Positions 43,157 to 53,424 are shown, counted from the first letter of the stretch. The stretch is 64,000 nucleotides of DNA from Limnothrix sp. BL-A-16 (GCA_041937175.2 CP166615.1:4320001-4384000), one strand, 5' to 3'. Translations and numbers: made by a program. The notes: generated by a model not told the origin, from the letters alone.

Positions 43157-45871
43157 GTGGCAAACGATTGGTATCGCCGCTATAACCCCTTTGGCGAGCA
43201 ATGGCATCCCCTGCGGTGGGTACGGCCATTCATGCGTCCCAAGACCTTGGCCCTGCTGGAGTCTTGCACGATCGGGCTAATTGCTGGACTGGCTGCTGTG
43301 TTGATGAAGTGGGGGGCGGCTTGGGTGGGAACCCAGCGGATCGCGATCGCCACCCGTAGCCCTGTGCCGGCCCTGGCGTTGGCGGCGGTGGGGGTGGTGG
43401 GCTGTTGGCTGGCTGGCTGGTTGGTGCAGCGCTTTTCGCCGGATGCTGGGGGCAGCGGCATTCCGCAGGTCAAGGCCAAGCTGGCCTTTGGGCCGATCCT
43501 GCTGGATTGGCGGGCTGTCTGGGTCAAGTTATTGGCCACCACGCTCACCTTGGGGTCTGGGTTAACCCTGGGTCGCCAGGGGCCCACGGTGCATGTGGGC
43601 GCTTCCATCGCGGCCCAACTCAGTCGCTGGATTCCCACTTCACCGGCCTATCGCCGCCAAACGATTGCCGCCGGGGCTGCCGCTGGTTTGGCGGCTGGGT
43701 TTAATGCCCCGATCGCGGGTGTGCTGTTTGCGGTGGAAGAGCTGCTGCATGATGTGTCGGGTTTGACCCTGGGACCGGCTCTGTTGGCGGCCTTTGTGGG
43801 CGCGGTGGTGGCGCAGTCCTTGGGCGGTGATATTTTGCCCGTGAGCTTGAACCTATCGCGGGTGGCCACGGAATTTACGGCACGGGATATTCCGGCCTAC
43901 CTGTTGTTGGGTTTGCTGGCTGGTTGGTTGGGAGCCAATTTCAATCGGGGGGTGATTGCCAGTTTGGGTCTCTATCGCCGGTTGCAGTGGGGGTTGCCGG
44001 AGCGGATGGCCCTGGCCGGTGGGATTACGGGATTGGGTATGGCCATGCTACCGCCAGCGTTTTGGAACTATAGCTGGCTGCGGGAAGATTTGGTGTTGGG
44101 GGGAACGGCTTGGCAAGGGGCCGCGATCGCCTTTGGGGCCCATTTCCTGTTGACCTTGGTGGCCTTTGGTTCCGGTGCGCCGGGGGGCTTGTTTGGCCCT
44201 TCGCTGATTTTGGGGGCCGCCTTGGGCAGTGTGGTGGGGGCCTTGGTGGGGGCCCCCTCGATCGCCACCTACGCTCTGGCCGGAATGGGAGCCTTTTTTG
44301 CGGCGGTGTCACGGGTGCCAATCACCGCGATCGCGATTGTGTTTGAAATGGCGGCGGATTTTAACTTGGTGTTGCCGCTCACCATTGGCTCCACGGTGGC
44401 CTATTTGGTGGCCGATCGCCTGGATTCTGGCTCTTTATACGATCGACTGTTGGCCCTCAAGGGATTGGAATCGGAACCGATTCCCGATGTGGATTTGCTA
44501 GCGGATTTAACGGCCAAGGATGTGATGAATCATCCGGTGGAAACCCTGCGGGCCAGCCAAACCCTGGAAACGGCCCGCCAACGGTTTGCCGATTCCCACC
44601 ATCGCGGCTTTCCGGTGGTGGACGATCGGGGAAATTTGGTGGGCATTTTGACCCAATCGGACATCACGGACTTGGATGCCCAGGATTTGGCCGCTACCGA
44701 TCGGGTGACGGCGGCCATGACTCCCCAGCCGATCGCGGTGCAAATTGACGATCGACTGTCGGACATTCGCTTTTTGCTCAGTCGCTACAAACTGGGACGA
44801 CTACCCGTTTTGGAAGGACAACGGCTGGTGGGCATTGTCACACGCAGCGATCTGTTGCGGGTTGAATCTAAGCGGCTGGGGGGAGAAATTAATCCCCAGC
44901 AGCCGCGCCGGCCCGCCTATGCCATCTATAAAACTCGGGGACCCAACACAGGGCGATCGCGAATTTTGGTGCCGATCGCCAATCCAGCGGCGGCCTTGGG
45001 GCTGTTGCGGCTGGCGCTGGCCATCGCGCGCGATCGACAGGCCGAGGTGGAATGCTTGCATGTGATGTTGGTTCCTGTGGGGCAGTCTCCGGCGGAAACC
45101 TCGATCGATCCGGCGCTGGTGGCCCCCATGCGCAAATTGTTTGAACGGGCAACCCGTGCCGGTCGCCAATGGCGCATCCCCATCCATAGCCAAATTTGCT
45201 TGGCCCGGGATCCGGCCGAGGCCATTTTGGAAGTGATTCAACGGCGGCGAATCGACTTGGTGATTATGGGCTGGCAAGGGGCGATCGCCCGGCCGGGATT
45301 GCCGGTTTTTGGCGACTCGATCGCGCGGCTGTTGAACGATGCCCCCTGCGAAATCATGTTGGTGAAATGGGGAGAAGACCTGTTCAAACGGCCGCGAATC
45401 CGTCAGCAGGAGGCGGTGCAAGCCATGCTCAGTCTTGATCGCTGGTTAGTGCCGATTAGTGGTGGGCCCAATGTGGAGCGGGCCCTAAACCTGTTGCCGC
45501 CGCTGTTGGGCCTGACCCGATCGGCCGCCGTCACCCTCTGCCAAGTCGTGCCCAAGGTGGCCACCAGCGAGGAACCGGACTTCAGCGAATCGGCGGCGCA
45601 ACCCTGGACAACCGATCTGTTGGATCAGGCCACCGCTCGCCTCATAAAAACCAGCCCCACTTCAGTCACGGCGCTGGCTCTCTGTGCAGATCAGGTGGCT
45701 GAGACCATTTTGCACTTGGCCGAAAGTCTAGATAGCCAAGTAATTGTGTTAGGAGCTAGCCGAGAAAGCCTACTCAAACAGGTAATTCATGGCAATTTGC
45801 CGGCCACGATCGCCCAGCAATTTCAAGGCACAATCCTAGTGGTTCGCGGCCCATTGGCTGGTAATGATTAA
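43157..45871 (+). CDS. ClC chloride channel/antiporter with CBS pair and universal-stress-protein-like C-terminal domains
   Basis: GSGIP, GRQGPTVH, FNAPIAG, GGLFGP, CBS (GFPVVD..GILT..D), ILVPIANP and LVPISGGPN. Confidence 0.92.
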   Translation: MANDWYRRYNPFGEQWHPLRWVRPFMRPKTLALLESCTIGLIAGLAAVLMKWGAAWVGTQRIAIATRSPVPALALAAVGVVGCWLAGWLVQRFSPDAGGSGIPQVKAKLAFGPILLDWRAVWVKLLATTLTLGSGLTLGRQGPTVHVGASIAAQLSRWIPTSPAYRRQTIAAGAAAGLAAGFNAPIAGVLFAVEELLHDVSGLTLGPALLAAFVGAVVAQSLGGDILPVSLNLSRVATEFTARDIPAYLLLGLLAGWLGANFNRGVIASLGLYRRLQWGLPERMALAGGITGLGMAMLPPAFWNYSWLREDLVLGGTAWQGAAIAFGAHFLLTLVAFGSGAPGGLFGPSLILGAALGSVVGALVGAPSIATYALAGMGAFFAAVSRVPITAIAIVFEMAADFNLVLPLTIGSTVAYLVADRLDSGSLYDRLLALKGLESEPIPDVDLLADLTAKDVMNHPVETLRASQTLETARQRFADSHHRGFPVVDDRGNLVGILTQSDITDLDAQDLAATDRVTAAMTPQPIAVQIDDRLSDIRFLLSRYKLGRLPVLEGQRLVGIVTRSDLLRVESKRLGGEINPQQPRRPAYAIYKTRGPNTGRSRILVPIANPAAALGLLRLALAIARDRQAEVECLHVMLVPVGQSPAETSIDPALVAPMRKLFERATRAGRQWRIPIHSQICLARDPAEAILEVIQRRRIDLVIMGWQGAIARPGLPVFGDSIARLLNDAPCEIMLVKWGEDLFKRPRIRQQEAVQAMLSLDRWLVPISGGPNVERALNLLPPLLGLTRSAAVTLCQVVPKVATSEEPDFSESAAQPWTTDLLDQATARLIKTSPTSVTALALCADQVAETILHLAESLDSQVIVLGASRESLLKQVIHGNLPATIAQQFQGTILVVRGPLAGND

Positions 45872-45886
45872 GGACTCGATCTGGAA

Positions 45887-46336
45887 CTAGTTAAAATCTG
45901 CACTGCTTTGCCGCTTACTTTCATCAATGGGCCAATCTTCATCTTCACCACCGACGCTAATTCGACGAATTGATAGAAATTCTCGACTTAGTTGAGCAAA
46001 GGCATTAATCAACACATCCAGGGCGATCGCATCACTGGTTCCTAAATCAAACCAACAACGGGCGCGGGTTCCTTCAAACTCTACTTCGCCCATGTTGTGC
46101 ATCAGAGCCATCATCGATTGATCCAGCACTTCGCTGTCATATTCCATATAGCTCAAGTCCAAGCCCACTTCTTGAACCTGTGCATTTTCGGCATTAAATC
46201 CGCCCAATTTCCCCAGAAAAAACCAAGAATCAAAAACCTCTTCAATATATTGCTGCTCCATGCGCCCCGGAACGGTTTCCAGTTCCAGCCAAATCCAAAC
46301 ATTAAAGGGGTCAAACTCGCGAAACTGGATGTCCAT
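45887..46336 (-). CDS. DUF3531 family protein
   Basis: QFREFDPFNVWIWLE, SWFFLGKLGGFNAEN, CWFDLGTSD..ALDVLIN. Confidence 0.85.
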   Translation of the reverse strand: MDIQFREFDPFNVWIWLELETVPGRMEQQYIEEVFDSWFFLGKLGGFNAENAQVQEVGLDLSYMEYDSEVLDQSMMALMHNMGEVEFEGTRARCWFDLGTSDAIALDVLINAFAQLSREFLSIRRISVGGEDEDWPIDESKRQSSADFN

Positions 46337-46390
46337 GAAAAAGAGATGGGAAAGGAATGAATCACAAATTACTGAATCAGGGAAGGCGAC

Positions 46391-47395
46391 CTAAAGCAAC
46401 GCGCCGCCACAACTGGAACCAGCCCCGGCCGTGCATCCGTAGCAGTGGCGATCGGTCTGAACCGTTTGGATTAAATCCAGAGAACCGGCTGCCAACAGAT
46501 CCGCCAGGGTCAGCATTTTACCATCGGGTGATCGGGCTGGGATCTCTTCCATTTGGTTAAAATCGCAGTCGTAGAGATAGCCTCGATAGTCCACCGATAG
46601 CTCATCGCGACACATCAACCCTTCCACGGTGTCGGCATTGAAATTTTGAGCTAAAAACTGACAATAATCGGCTTCCAGTTGGCGAGCTTGCAGGGCTAAT
46701 TTAGTCCGCCCGATCGGGAGATTGGTAATGGTCAGCAAATGATTGAAATCAATGTTGTGATCAGCTTTTAGGCGCTGACGATAGGCCACTTCCAGGCCCG
46801 CTTGGGCCGGCGGCAGTGAAAAATTAGCTCCCGTGGGAACCGGTGGATTATAAACCAAATCGATTTGCAGTTTTGGATCTCGCCCGTAGCCCCGCTGATT
46901 TAAGAGCTTGAGAGCGGCAATGGAGCGATCGAACACACCGCGTCCCCGTTGCCGATCGACATTTTCTGACAAATAACAAGGCAACGAAGCCACAACCCGC
47001 ACATGATAGTTTTGGAAAAAGTCCGGCAAATCTTCAAATCCATCCTCAAAAAAGATGGTTAAATTTGAACGAACAATCACTTCCTTTTTGGCAGCGGCTG
47101 CCGCTTGCACCAAAATCCGAAAGCCGTCGTGCATTTCTGGTGCGCCGCCCGTTAAATCCACCGTTTGAATCTGTGGAAATTGCCGAATGACAGCAATTAA
47201 CTGTTCGCAGACCTCTGGGCTAATGGCTTCAGTGCGTTTTGGCCCCGCTTCCACATGGCAATGGGTGCAAGCCAGGTTGCAACGTTTGCCAAGGTTGATT
47301 TGCAACACACGAATGGTGCGCTTGGTTAAGCCAGTGCCAAGGGCTTCGGAAAAAGAGCGCGGAGAATCAACGGTGGCAATCACAGGACTATGCAT
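46391..47395 (-). CDS. arsS: Arsenosugar biosynthesis radical SAM protein ArsS (Cys form)
   Basis: QINLGKRCNLACTHCHVEAGP, DLTGGAPE, ASLPCY, LYDCDFNQ, HCYGCTAGAGSSCGG; ATG at 47395 preferred. Confidence 0.88.
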   Translation of the reverse strand: MHSPVIATVDSPRSFSEALGTGLTKRTIRVLQINLGKRCNLACTHCHVEAGPKRTEAISPEVCEQLIAVIRQFPQIQTVDLTGGAPEMHDGFRILVQAAAAAKKEVIVRSNLTIFFEDGFEDLPDFFQNYHVRVVASLPCYLSENVDRQRGRGVFDRSIAALKLLNQRGYGRDPKLQIDLVYNPPVPTGANFSLPPAQAGLEVAYRQRLKADHNIDFNHLLTITNLPIGRTKLALQARQLEADYCQFLAQNFNADTVEGLMCRDELSVDYRGYLYDCDFNQMEEIPARSPDGKMLTLADLLAAGSLDLIQTVQTDRHCYGCTAGAGSSCGGALL

Positions 47396-47422
47396 GAAAT
47401 TTCTAGAACTTCCTAACGATCC

Positions 47423-47478
47423 AACTTGAAACTTGGGACTTGAAACTTGGACTTTGAATCTTGAAACCTGAAACTTGT
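47423..47478. repeat. Short tandem heptamer repeat (STRR-like), about 8 degenerate units of AACTTGR
   Basis: AACTTGA AACTTGG GACTTGA AACTTGG ACTTTGA ATCTTGA AACCTGA AACTTGT. Confidence 0.8.
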
Positions 47479-48065
47479 TAACAACTTTCCCAGACGTGAT
47501 CCACTTGCTGAAATAGCTCTGGTAAAGTTCCCTTGTTGTGCAAAACCACGTCGGCCCGTGCCACTTTTTGCGCCAATGGCCATTGGCTGTTGATGCGAGC
47601 TTGGGCCTGCTCAACTGTCAAATGATTGCGGGCCATTAGCCGGTGCAATTGCTGGGTGGGTTCACAGCTAACCACCCAAATTTCCGTGACTAAATCGGTC
47701 ATTTGGGCTTCAAACAGCAGAGGAATAGCTAAGACAATGCTGTTCGATCGCCCTTGATGGGCCGCAATTCCAGCCAGCAGTTGGGCCCGTACGATCGGGT
47801 GAATTTGCGCTTCCAGCCATTGGCGCTCGGCCGGTTGCTGAAACACAATTTCGCCTAAACGGGGTCGATCGAGCGAACCATCAGTCCCAATCACATCAGC
47901 ACCGAAGCGCTGGGCGATCGCCGGCAAAAGGGGTGACCCCGGTTCCACAGCCAATCGCGCCAACTGATCCGCATCCAGCACCGGTAATCCATAGCTTGCT
48001 GCCAAATAGTCTGACACCGTGGTTTTGCCCGTGGCAATGCCGCCCGTAAGTCCAATGATTCGCAC
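47478..48065 (-). CDS. coaE: Dephospho-CoA kinase
   Basis: IGLTGGIATGKT, DAD, LDR..LG..VF, IHP.V, IPLLFE, RINSQ. Confidence 0.96.
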   Translation of the reverse strand: MRIIGLTGGIATGKTTVSDYLAASYGLPVLDADQLARLAVEPGSPLLPAIAQRFGADVIGTDGSLDRPRLGEIVFQQPAERQWLEAQIHPIVRAQLLAGIAAHQGRSNSIVLAIPLLFEAQMTDLVTEIWVVSCEPTQQLHRLMARNHLTVEQAQARINSQWPLAQKVARADVVLHNKGTLPELFQQVDHVWESC

Positions 48066-48189
48066 CTGGGCCCCCTGATTGATTCCGGGACTGAACTCCT
48101 ACAATAATCGTAGGCATGGCATCCCGGTTCTTTGGGGACTGTCGGCTTTGTCCCCTGTCTTCATTCCTTGCCCTATTTTTTGCACCCCC

Positions 48190-48723
48190 ATGTTGAAGGT
48201 TCACCGCGCGATCGGCATTGTTCTTGTGGGCGCTTGGTTGAGTAGCCTGGCCCTGCCGGTGCGGGCCTTCTCGGAAAATGACCTGCTGCGATTGCGGCGC
48301 ACCAATGAGTGCAGCGGTTGCGACCTCAGTGAAGCCGACCTGTCGGGCAACAGCTTCATTGGGGCGCGGTTGGTGGGGGTGAATCTCTCGAAAGCGAAGT
48401 TGGCAAATACGGATTGGTCGGGGGCTGACTTCACTGGCGCAAATTTGGAAGGGGTTGACCTGTCGGGGGCCCGGTTATTTGAGGCCAAGTTTCAGGCGAC
48501 GAATCTGATTGGTGCAACCCTTTCCGGGGCTGATTTGACCAATGCCAATCTATTCCAGGCGTTTTTGCGTGGGGCCAAGCTCGATCGCGCCGTGTTGTTT
48601 TATGCCAACCTCAGCAACGCTGACCTGACCAATGCGGACTTAACCGGCGCAGATTTGACCCTGGCGGAACTGAACGGGGCCAAGTTGAGCGGGGCCCAAC
48701 TGCCACCGGGTTTTCGACTTTAG
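48190..48723 (+). CDS. Exported pentapeptide repeat protein
   Basis: Signal peptide, C..CDL, long A(D/N)L(T/S)G repeats. Confidence 0.9.
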   Translation: MLKVHRAIGIVLVGAWLSSLALPVRAFSENDLLRLRRTNECSGCDLSEADLSGNSFIGARLVGVNLSKAKLANTDWSGADFTGANLEGVDLSGARLFEAKFQATNLIGATLSGADLTNANLFQAFLRGAKLDRAVLFYANLSNADLTNADLTGADLTLAELNGAKLSGAQLPPGFRL

Positions 48724-48807
48724 GCCTGGGGGCAGCCAAGGCCCCAAGGCTGCCTTGGAACCTTGGCACAAGCTGACCAGCTTTGGCTCCAGTTAGCTCC
48801 AGTTGGC

Positions 48808-49149
48808 TTAACTCAGCAGTGCCTCAAATTCCTGGCGCAACCCATCCGCATTGCCCAACCGCGACACCATTAAGCTGCCTTGGCCTGCATCCGCCAGGCG
48901 ATGTTTCCAAAAGGCGATCGCCTCAGCATTTTGCATCCAAAAATCCACCACCGTGGTGGAAATATCGTTCCAAGACCAGTCATGCCGCCAAATCACCGGT
49001 TCGATCGATTCCAAGGTGGCATCCAGCGTGCATTGAAAACTGCCGATATATTCCACAGGGGGAGCGGGCGATCGCTCAATTAACTGTTGTTGCTCATGAA
49101 AAAAGTGCAGCATTGGAGACACACCCACAATTTCAAATGTGTAATCCAT
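48808..49149 (-). CDS. Conserved-looking cyanobacterial hypothetical protein
   Basis: 113 aa; YTFEIVGVSP, EYIGSFQCTLDA, FW......I..W..RL. Confidence 0.75.
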   Translation of the reverse strand: MDYTFEIVGVSPMLHFFHEQQQLIERSPAPPVEYIGSFQCTLDATLESIEPVIWRHDWSWNDISTTVVDFWMQNAEAIAFWKHRLADAGQGSLMVSRLGNADGLRQEFEALLS

Positions 49150-49464
49150 GGCAAACTCCCACAAATTTCAAAGGGCACTTCTGAACAATGGATCCGCAAT
49201 CTTCTCCGAGAGCATGTCTCAAAGACTGAGAGTGTGATTGCAGGTAATGAACGTCATGAAATTGAATGAAAAGGAATTTGTTCTGATTCGTTCTGAGTTA
49301 TGAATGGGGTTGTGAATTGACTCTTGACTTTATGTATTAGCGCAACTCTTTTGTTCCTGGCAATGATTTTTGAGATTTTTGGGTAAATGCAACAACCTTG
49401 TAAAAATCTCAAGTTATAAAAGACTCAATTGATACAAAAACATCGTTTCACTGACTGCAATCTA

Positions 49465-49491
49465 TTAGCACTCTCGGCTTTTTAGTGCTAA
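49465..49491. promoter_or_regulatory. CIRCE-like inverted repeat (HrcA operator)
   Basis: TTAGCACTC-TCGGCTTTT-TAGTGCTAA; 17/18 match to TTAGCACTC-N9-GAGTGCTAA with exact spacing. Confidence 0.8.
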
Positions 49492-49550
49492 TTTCTGACG
49501 GCTGATGGGATGTTTGTTCGCTTGCCAGCTTGTCGAAAACTGGGAGCCAT

Positions 49551-49579
49551 AAAAAGCCAGGGATCGATCGACCCCTGGC
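49551..49579 (-). terminator. Intrinsic terminator of the HtrA-family gene
   Basis: Minus strand GCCAGGG-loop-CCCTGGC followed by TTTTT. Confidence 0.7.
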
Positions 49580-49645
49580 AATTTGTTTCTTGAATTGGAT
49601 AATCAATTGGCGCAGAAGATGGATGGCAACAATTGGGTTTGCATC

Positions 49646-50914
49646 CTAGCGATCGTCCGCAAAATCCTGCATTTGTCCAGTGCGTACCGAGAGCTGTTGA
49701 TTGCCACCCCGATCGCCCCGTCGCACGGTCATGGCCAGGGCTTGACCCACGCGGCTGCGTTCCACCAGTCCTTGCAATTGTTCCGCGCTGGTGACCACCG
49801 CGCCATCAATTTGCACAATCACATCACCCCGCCGCAGGCCACCCCGGGCCGCAGGCGAATCGGGAATCACATTCACCACCAACACTCCCGACACTTCCGG
49901 CAGCATGATGGCGGCGTTGGGGTCGCTGTTGTTTTTGCGGGCCAAGTCGGGAGTCAAGGTGCGCATCTGAATGCCCAGGAACGGATGGGGCACGGCCTGA
50001 CCCTTCGACAGCAGGGGCAAAATGCTCTTCACCTTGTTGATGGGAATGGCGAACCCAATCCCCATCGCATCGGCGCGGATGGCGGTGTTGATGCCAATTA
50101 CCTCGCCCCGATCGTTCAGCAGCGGGCCGCCGGAGTTTCCGGGGTTGATGGCCGCGTCGGTTTGGATGAAGTCTAGGCGCTTGTCGGGAATGCCCACCTG
50201 CACGCTCGATCGCTTCAGAGTGCTGACAATGCCCAGGGTGACCGTGTTGTCCAGCCCCAAGGGGTTCCCCACCGCGATCGCCCAGTCGCCCACTTGCACC
50301 AAATCTGAATCGCCCAGGGGAGCCACCGGCAACCGTTCATTGCCGGGGCTGATTTTCACCACTGCCAAATCGGTGACCTCATCGGCCCCCAGCACGCGCC
50401 CATCAAACTCCCGCCCATCCTTGAGGGTCACGGTTACCCGATCGGCCCGATTCACCACATGGGCATTGGTCAACAACAGACCGTCACTTTCAATGATGAA
50501 GCCGGAGCCTTGCCCCGCAATCCGTTGGCGCTGTTCCCGGGGCATTTGTCGAAAAAACTCATCCCCAAAGAAACGCTCAAACAACGGATCGTTAAAAAAC
50601 GGGTCAACCCGCCGGGTCACGGTGCGTTCTGTGTCGATGCGCACCACGGCCGCGCCCACCCGGTTCACGGCCGCCGTCACAAAACTGTTGCTACGGGGAG
50701 CTGCCACCTCCGCCGGGCGCTGGGCCGTGGCGTTGTCCTCCACCAGGGCAACGGCGGGGGCAATTGGGCCCATCAGGGCGATCGCCCAGAGCAGCACCGC
50801 CAGCCCGATCGCCCCGATCGCCCGTTGCCATGACGCAGGCGGCATCGTTGGTTTCAGGCGTTTCAGTGGGTTTTGTTGATGATTGGCCCCAAGTCCCATA
50901 ACGCTAAATTCCAT
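49646..50914 (-). CDS. HtrA/HhoA-family trypsin-like serine protease with PDZ domain
   Basis: GSGFII, TNAHVV, DLAVVK, IQTDAAINPGNSGGPL, C-terminal PDZ; start uncertain. Confidence 0.95.
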   Translation of the reverse strand: MEFSVMGLGANHQQNPLKRLKPTMPPASWQRAIGAIGLAVLLWAIALMGPIAPAVALVEDNATAQRPAEVAAPRSNSFVTAAVNRVGAAVVRIDTERTVTRRVDPFFNDPLFERFFGDEFFRQMPREQRQRIAGQGSGFIIESDGLLLTNAHVVNRADRVTVTLKDGREFDGRVLGADEVTDLAVVKISPGNERLPVAPLGDSDLVQVGDWAIAVGNPLGLDNTVTLGIVSTLKRSSVQVGIPDKRLDFIQTDAAINPGNSGGPLLNDRGEVIGINTAIRADAMGIGFAIPINKVKSILPLLSKGQAVPHPFLGIQMRTLTPDLARKNNSDPNAAIMLPEVSGVLVVNVIPDSPAARGGLRRGDVIVQIDGAVVTSAEQLQGLVERSRVGQALAMTVRRGDRGGNQQLSVRTGQMQDFADDR

Positions 50915-50926
50915 TGCGGTTGTTTG

Positions 50927-50998
50927 GTTCCAAATGTTCCAAATGTTCCAGAGCTTCCAGGCGTTCCAAATTTTCCGGACACTTCAGGCATTCCAGGT
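50927..50998. repeat. Degenerate 9-bp tandem repeat (8 units) upstream of the HtrA gene
   Basis: GTTCCAAAT GTTCCAAAT GTTCCAGAG CTTCCAGGC GTTCCAAAT TTTCCGGAC ACTTCAGGC ATTCCAGGT. Confidence 0.7.
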
Positions 50999-51205
50999 TT
51001 CTTGGCCTCCGGGTTTCTAGGGGTTTTGAGCACAAGCCCCTTGCGAACTGAATGCCAGCCCATACTGAATGCCAGCCCATATAGACATCAAGACATCAGG
51101 GGAGCCAGAAAGCGAAATCCGAAACAGACTCGCGCCCGCTTCGGATTCAAAATGGCTGGCAAGGGCGGGGCGCTTGGTTCCCCAGAACCATACCGGAGCC
51201 GAACG

Positions 51206-51772
51206 TTAGGTAATTTGAATCAGCCAGGTGCCGATGTAACGCAGCAAGGGCGTGTCACCGGGGGTCAGAATCCGGCAGTTGAAGTAATACATGCCGCCCA
51301 TGTCCGGGTTGCGCACATTGCTGAGCACCACCTCAAGCTGCTTACCCGAGGGAATCGGTTCCTTAGGATAAATCTCGATCGTGTAGTTTTCTGGATTCCA
51401 AACCACCCGATCTAGCTCAATCTTCTCGCCACCGTTCTTGTACCGCACATCAATGCGATCGGTGTCGAAACGTCCCTTGTAATAGTCGGGATAGTCGATC
51501 GCGATTTGGGCGATCGCCAGGTTCTGAGCCGGAATCCGCAGCCGGTAGCGATCCCAGGAGCTTTCACGGCCCCGATCGAGCCGGAAGCTCAGTTGACTTT
51601 CGCGACGGGGGCCACCAAAGAGCGTGAATCCCGGCAACTCCTGCGCCACCACCGCCGGCACAACTGCCAGACTGCAACTCAGTGCGGCCAAGGCTGCCAA
51701 ACCGCGCCGCACCCAACGCTGCGACGGGGTGCGCGGCTGACTCGAAGCCAGGGCAAAAGACTTAAAGGGCAT
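51206..51772 (-). CDS. DUF2808 domain exported protein
   Basis: Signal peptide, PGFTLFGG, DRYRL, YPDYY.G.FD, SNVRNP..GGMYYFN, YIGTW. Confidence 0.82.
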   Translation of the reverse strand: MPFKSFALASSQPRTPSQRWVRRGLAALAALSCSLAVVPAVVAQELPGFTLFGGPRRESQLSFRLDRGRESSWDRYRLRIPAQNLAIAQIAIDYPDYYKGRFDTDRIDVRYKNGGEKIELDRVVWNPENYTIEIYPKEPIPSGKQLEVVLSNVRNPDMGGMYYFNCRILTPGDTPLLRYIGTWLIQIT

Positions 51773-52343
51773 GGATGGTGTCTCCCAATTGGAGCCAAAC
51801 AAATGGAGCAATGAAGCGGCGATAAACCTTGGACATCGGGAGCCTTCACCGTGAAAAGCTCACCGAGGCAACTCATCGAGAGTCTTCAGTCCGGAAGACT
51901 CACCGCAGAGGTTGGCCGAGGGAATTTGCCGGTGAAACGCTGTCGATCGCTGATGGTGATTGGGGTTTGGGCCCCATCCCCACGGGTATCGTTGATGATC
52001 ACTAAGGCAGCACAAAAATGGCCAAGATTTACCAATTTTCTAAACAAAGCGTATCAAAACTTTGACCGATTGTGGGAGGCGCGATCGCCCTAACCCAGAC
52101 AGCCAATCAACTGCCCACCATGCCTCCCACCCCCAGTTTTTACCGCCGCCCCACCGCCGCTCGCCAGCCCATCGGCCATCAGCTTCTGTTGGGCCAACGA
52201 TTAGCAGTCCTGTCGCTCCGGTTTGCCAAAAGGGACCACCCCCACGCGACACTAACGAAAGGCAAATTGCACCAGGGTTGGGCCTCAGTCCGCAACGCTT
52301 GCCGTGATTTGCCCCCCAGAATTTGCACCGGGAGCCAGATGAC

Positions 52344-52823
52344 ATGACCATCACCATTTCGATCGCAGCGGATCATCTCCAAAATCTAGACCTCAGCCCC
52401 GTCCACCGGGCGATCGAACCATTCTTAACCAGTGGTATTGCCGCCGCCGAACAGCAAGTGCAACTCACCATTGATCTGCCCCGCGACCCCACCGACCCCC
52501 GCGAGCTGTCGGAAATTCCCGAAGTGCGGCTTTGGTTCCTGCGCACCGATGCGGTTTATCCTTGGTTGCCCTTTGTGTTGGACTGGAAAGCAGGCGAACT
52601 CGGTCGCTATGCCGCCATGCTGGTTCCCCACCAATTTCATCCCACCGATGGCATTCAGTTCAATCCCGAAGCCTTGGAACTGTTCGTGATGGGCAAGATT
52701 TTTGTATTAGCCGATTGGCTGAAAACCCAAGGAATTGGCACGCGATCGCGGCTTCAGGGCATGGCGCAAATGCTGGGCTATGACCTAGACGAGTCCTTCT
52801 TCGACTTGCTGGAATTGAGCTAG
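52344..52823 (+). CDS. CRR6 family NdhI maturation factor (DUF1817)
   Basis: DPRELSEIPEVRLWFLR.DA.YPWLP, YAAMLVPHQF, NPEALELF. Confidence 0.92.
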   Translation: MTITISIAADHLQNLDLSPVHRAIEPFLTSGIAAAEQQVQLTIDLPRDPTDPRELSEIPEVRLWFLRTDAVYPWLPFVLDWKAGELGRYAAMLVPHQFHPTDGIQFNPEALELFVMGKIFVLADWLKTQGIGTRSRLQGMAQMLGYDLDESFFDLLELS

Positions 52824-52977
52824 ATCGGAATAATTCAAAATCTAATTCATGTTTATTTTCACGTTCATTCATATCCAATTGATCTGCTTCTTATCAACGG
52901 GGAATGAATGAGGAATATGAATCAAGGGCTGAAGTCAAAGGGCTGAGGCTCAGCGATATCAATGGGATAGTTGATTC

Positions 52978-53424
52978 ATGCGGGTTGTAATTCAGCGGGT
53001 GACGGCTTCTAGGGTGGCGATCGGGGGGGAAACCGTCGGGCAAATTGGCCGAGGGTTGAACCTGTTGGTGGCGATCGCCGCGACCGATACGGAGGCGGAG
53101 TTGCAGTGGATGGCGCGTAAATGCCTGGATTTGCGGTTGTTTCCCGATCCGGCGGCGGCCAATCCTCGGTTTGATTTGTCGGTCACTGAGATTGGCGGCG
53201 AACTGCTGGTGATCAGTCAGTTCACCCTCTATGGCGATGGGCGCAAGGGGCGGCGACCCAGTTTCGATCGCTCTGCTGCGCCCGATCGGGCCGAGGCCCT
53301 GTACGATCGCTTTGTGGAATTGTTGCGGGCCAGTGGATTGCGCGTGGAAACCGGCCGGTTTGGCGCAATGATGCAAGTCCACATCGAGAACGATGGCCCG
53401 GTGACCTTGATTTTGGATGCTTAG
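52978..53424 (+). CDS. dtd: D-aminoacyl-tRNA deacylase
   Basis: [31 protein letters not shown]. Confidence 0.97.
   Translation: MRVVIQRVTASRVAIGGETVGQIGRGLNLLVAIAATDTEAELQWMARKCLDLRLFPDPAAANPRFDLSVTEIGGELLVISQFTLYGDGRKGRRPSFDRSAAPDRAEALYDRFVELLRASGLRVETGRFGAMMQVHIENDGPVTLILDA

Noticed and set aside
46391..47395. Selenocysteine recoding in arsS
   Set aside because: The frame is open with Cys codons and no in-frame TGA
47396..47614. N-terminal extension of the 407-aa arsS ORF
   Set aside because: It overlaps coaE and reads through the heptamer repeat; the ATG at 47395 gives a normal-sized protein
50873..51415. 180-aa ORF with VPN/LPG repeats
   Set aside because: A translation of the 9-bp intergenic repeat, antisense to the DUF2808 gene
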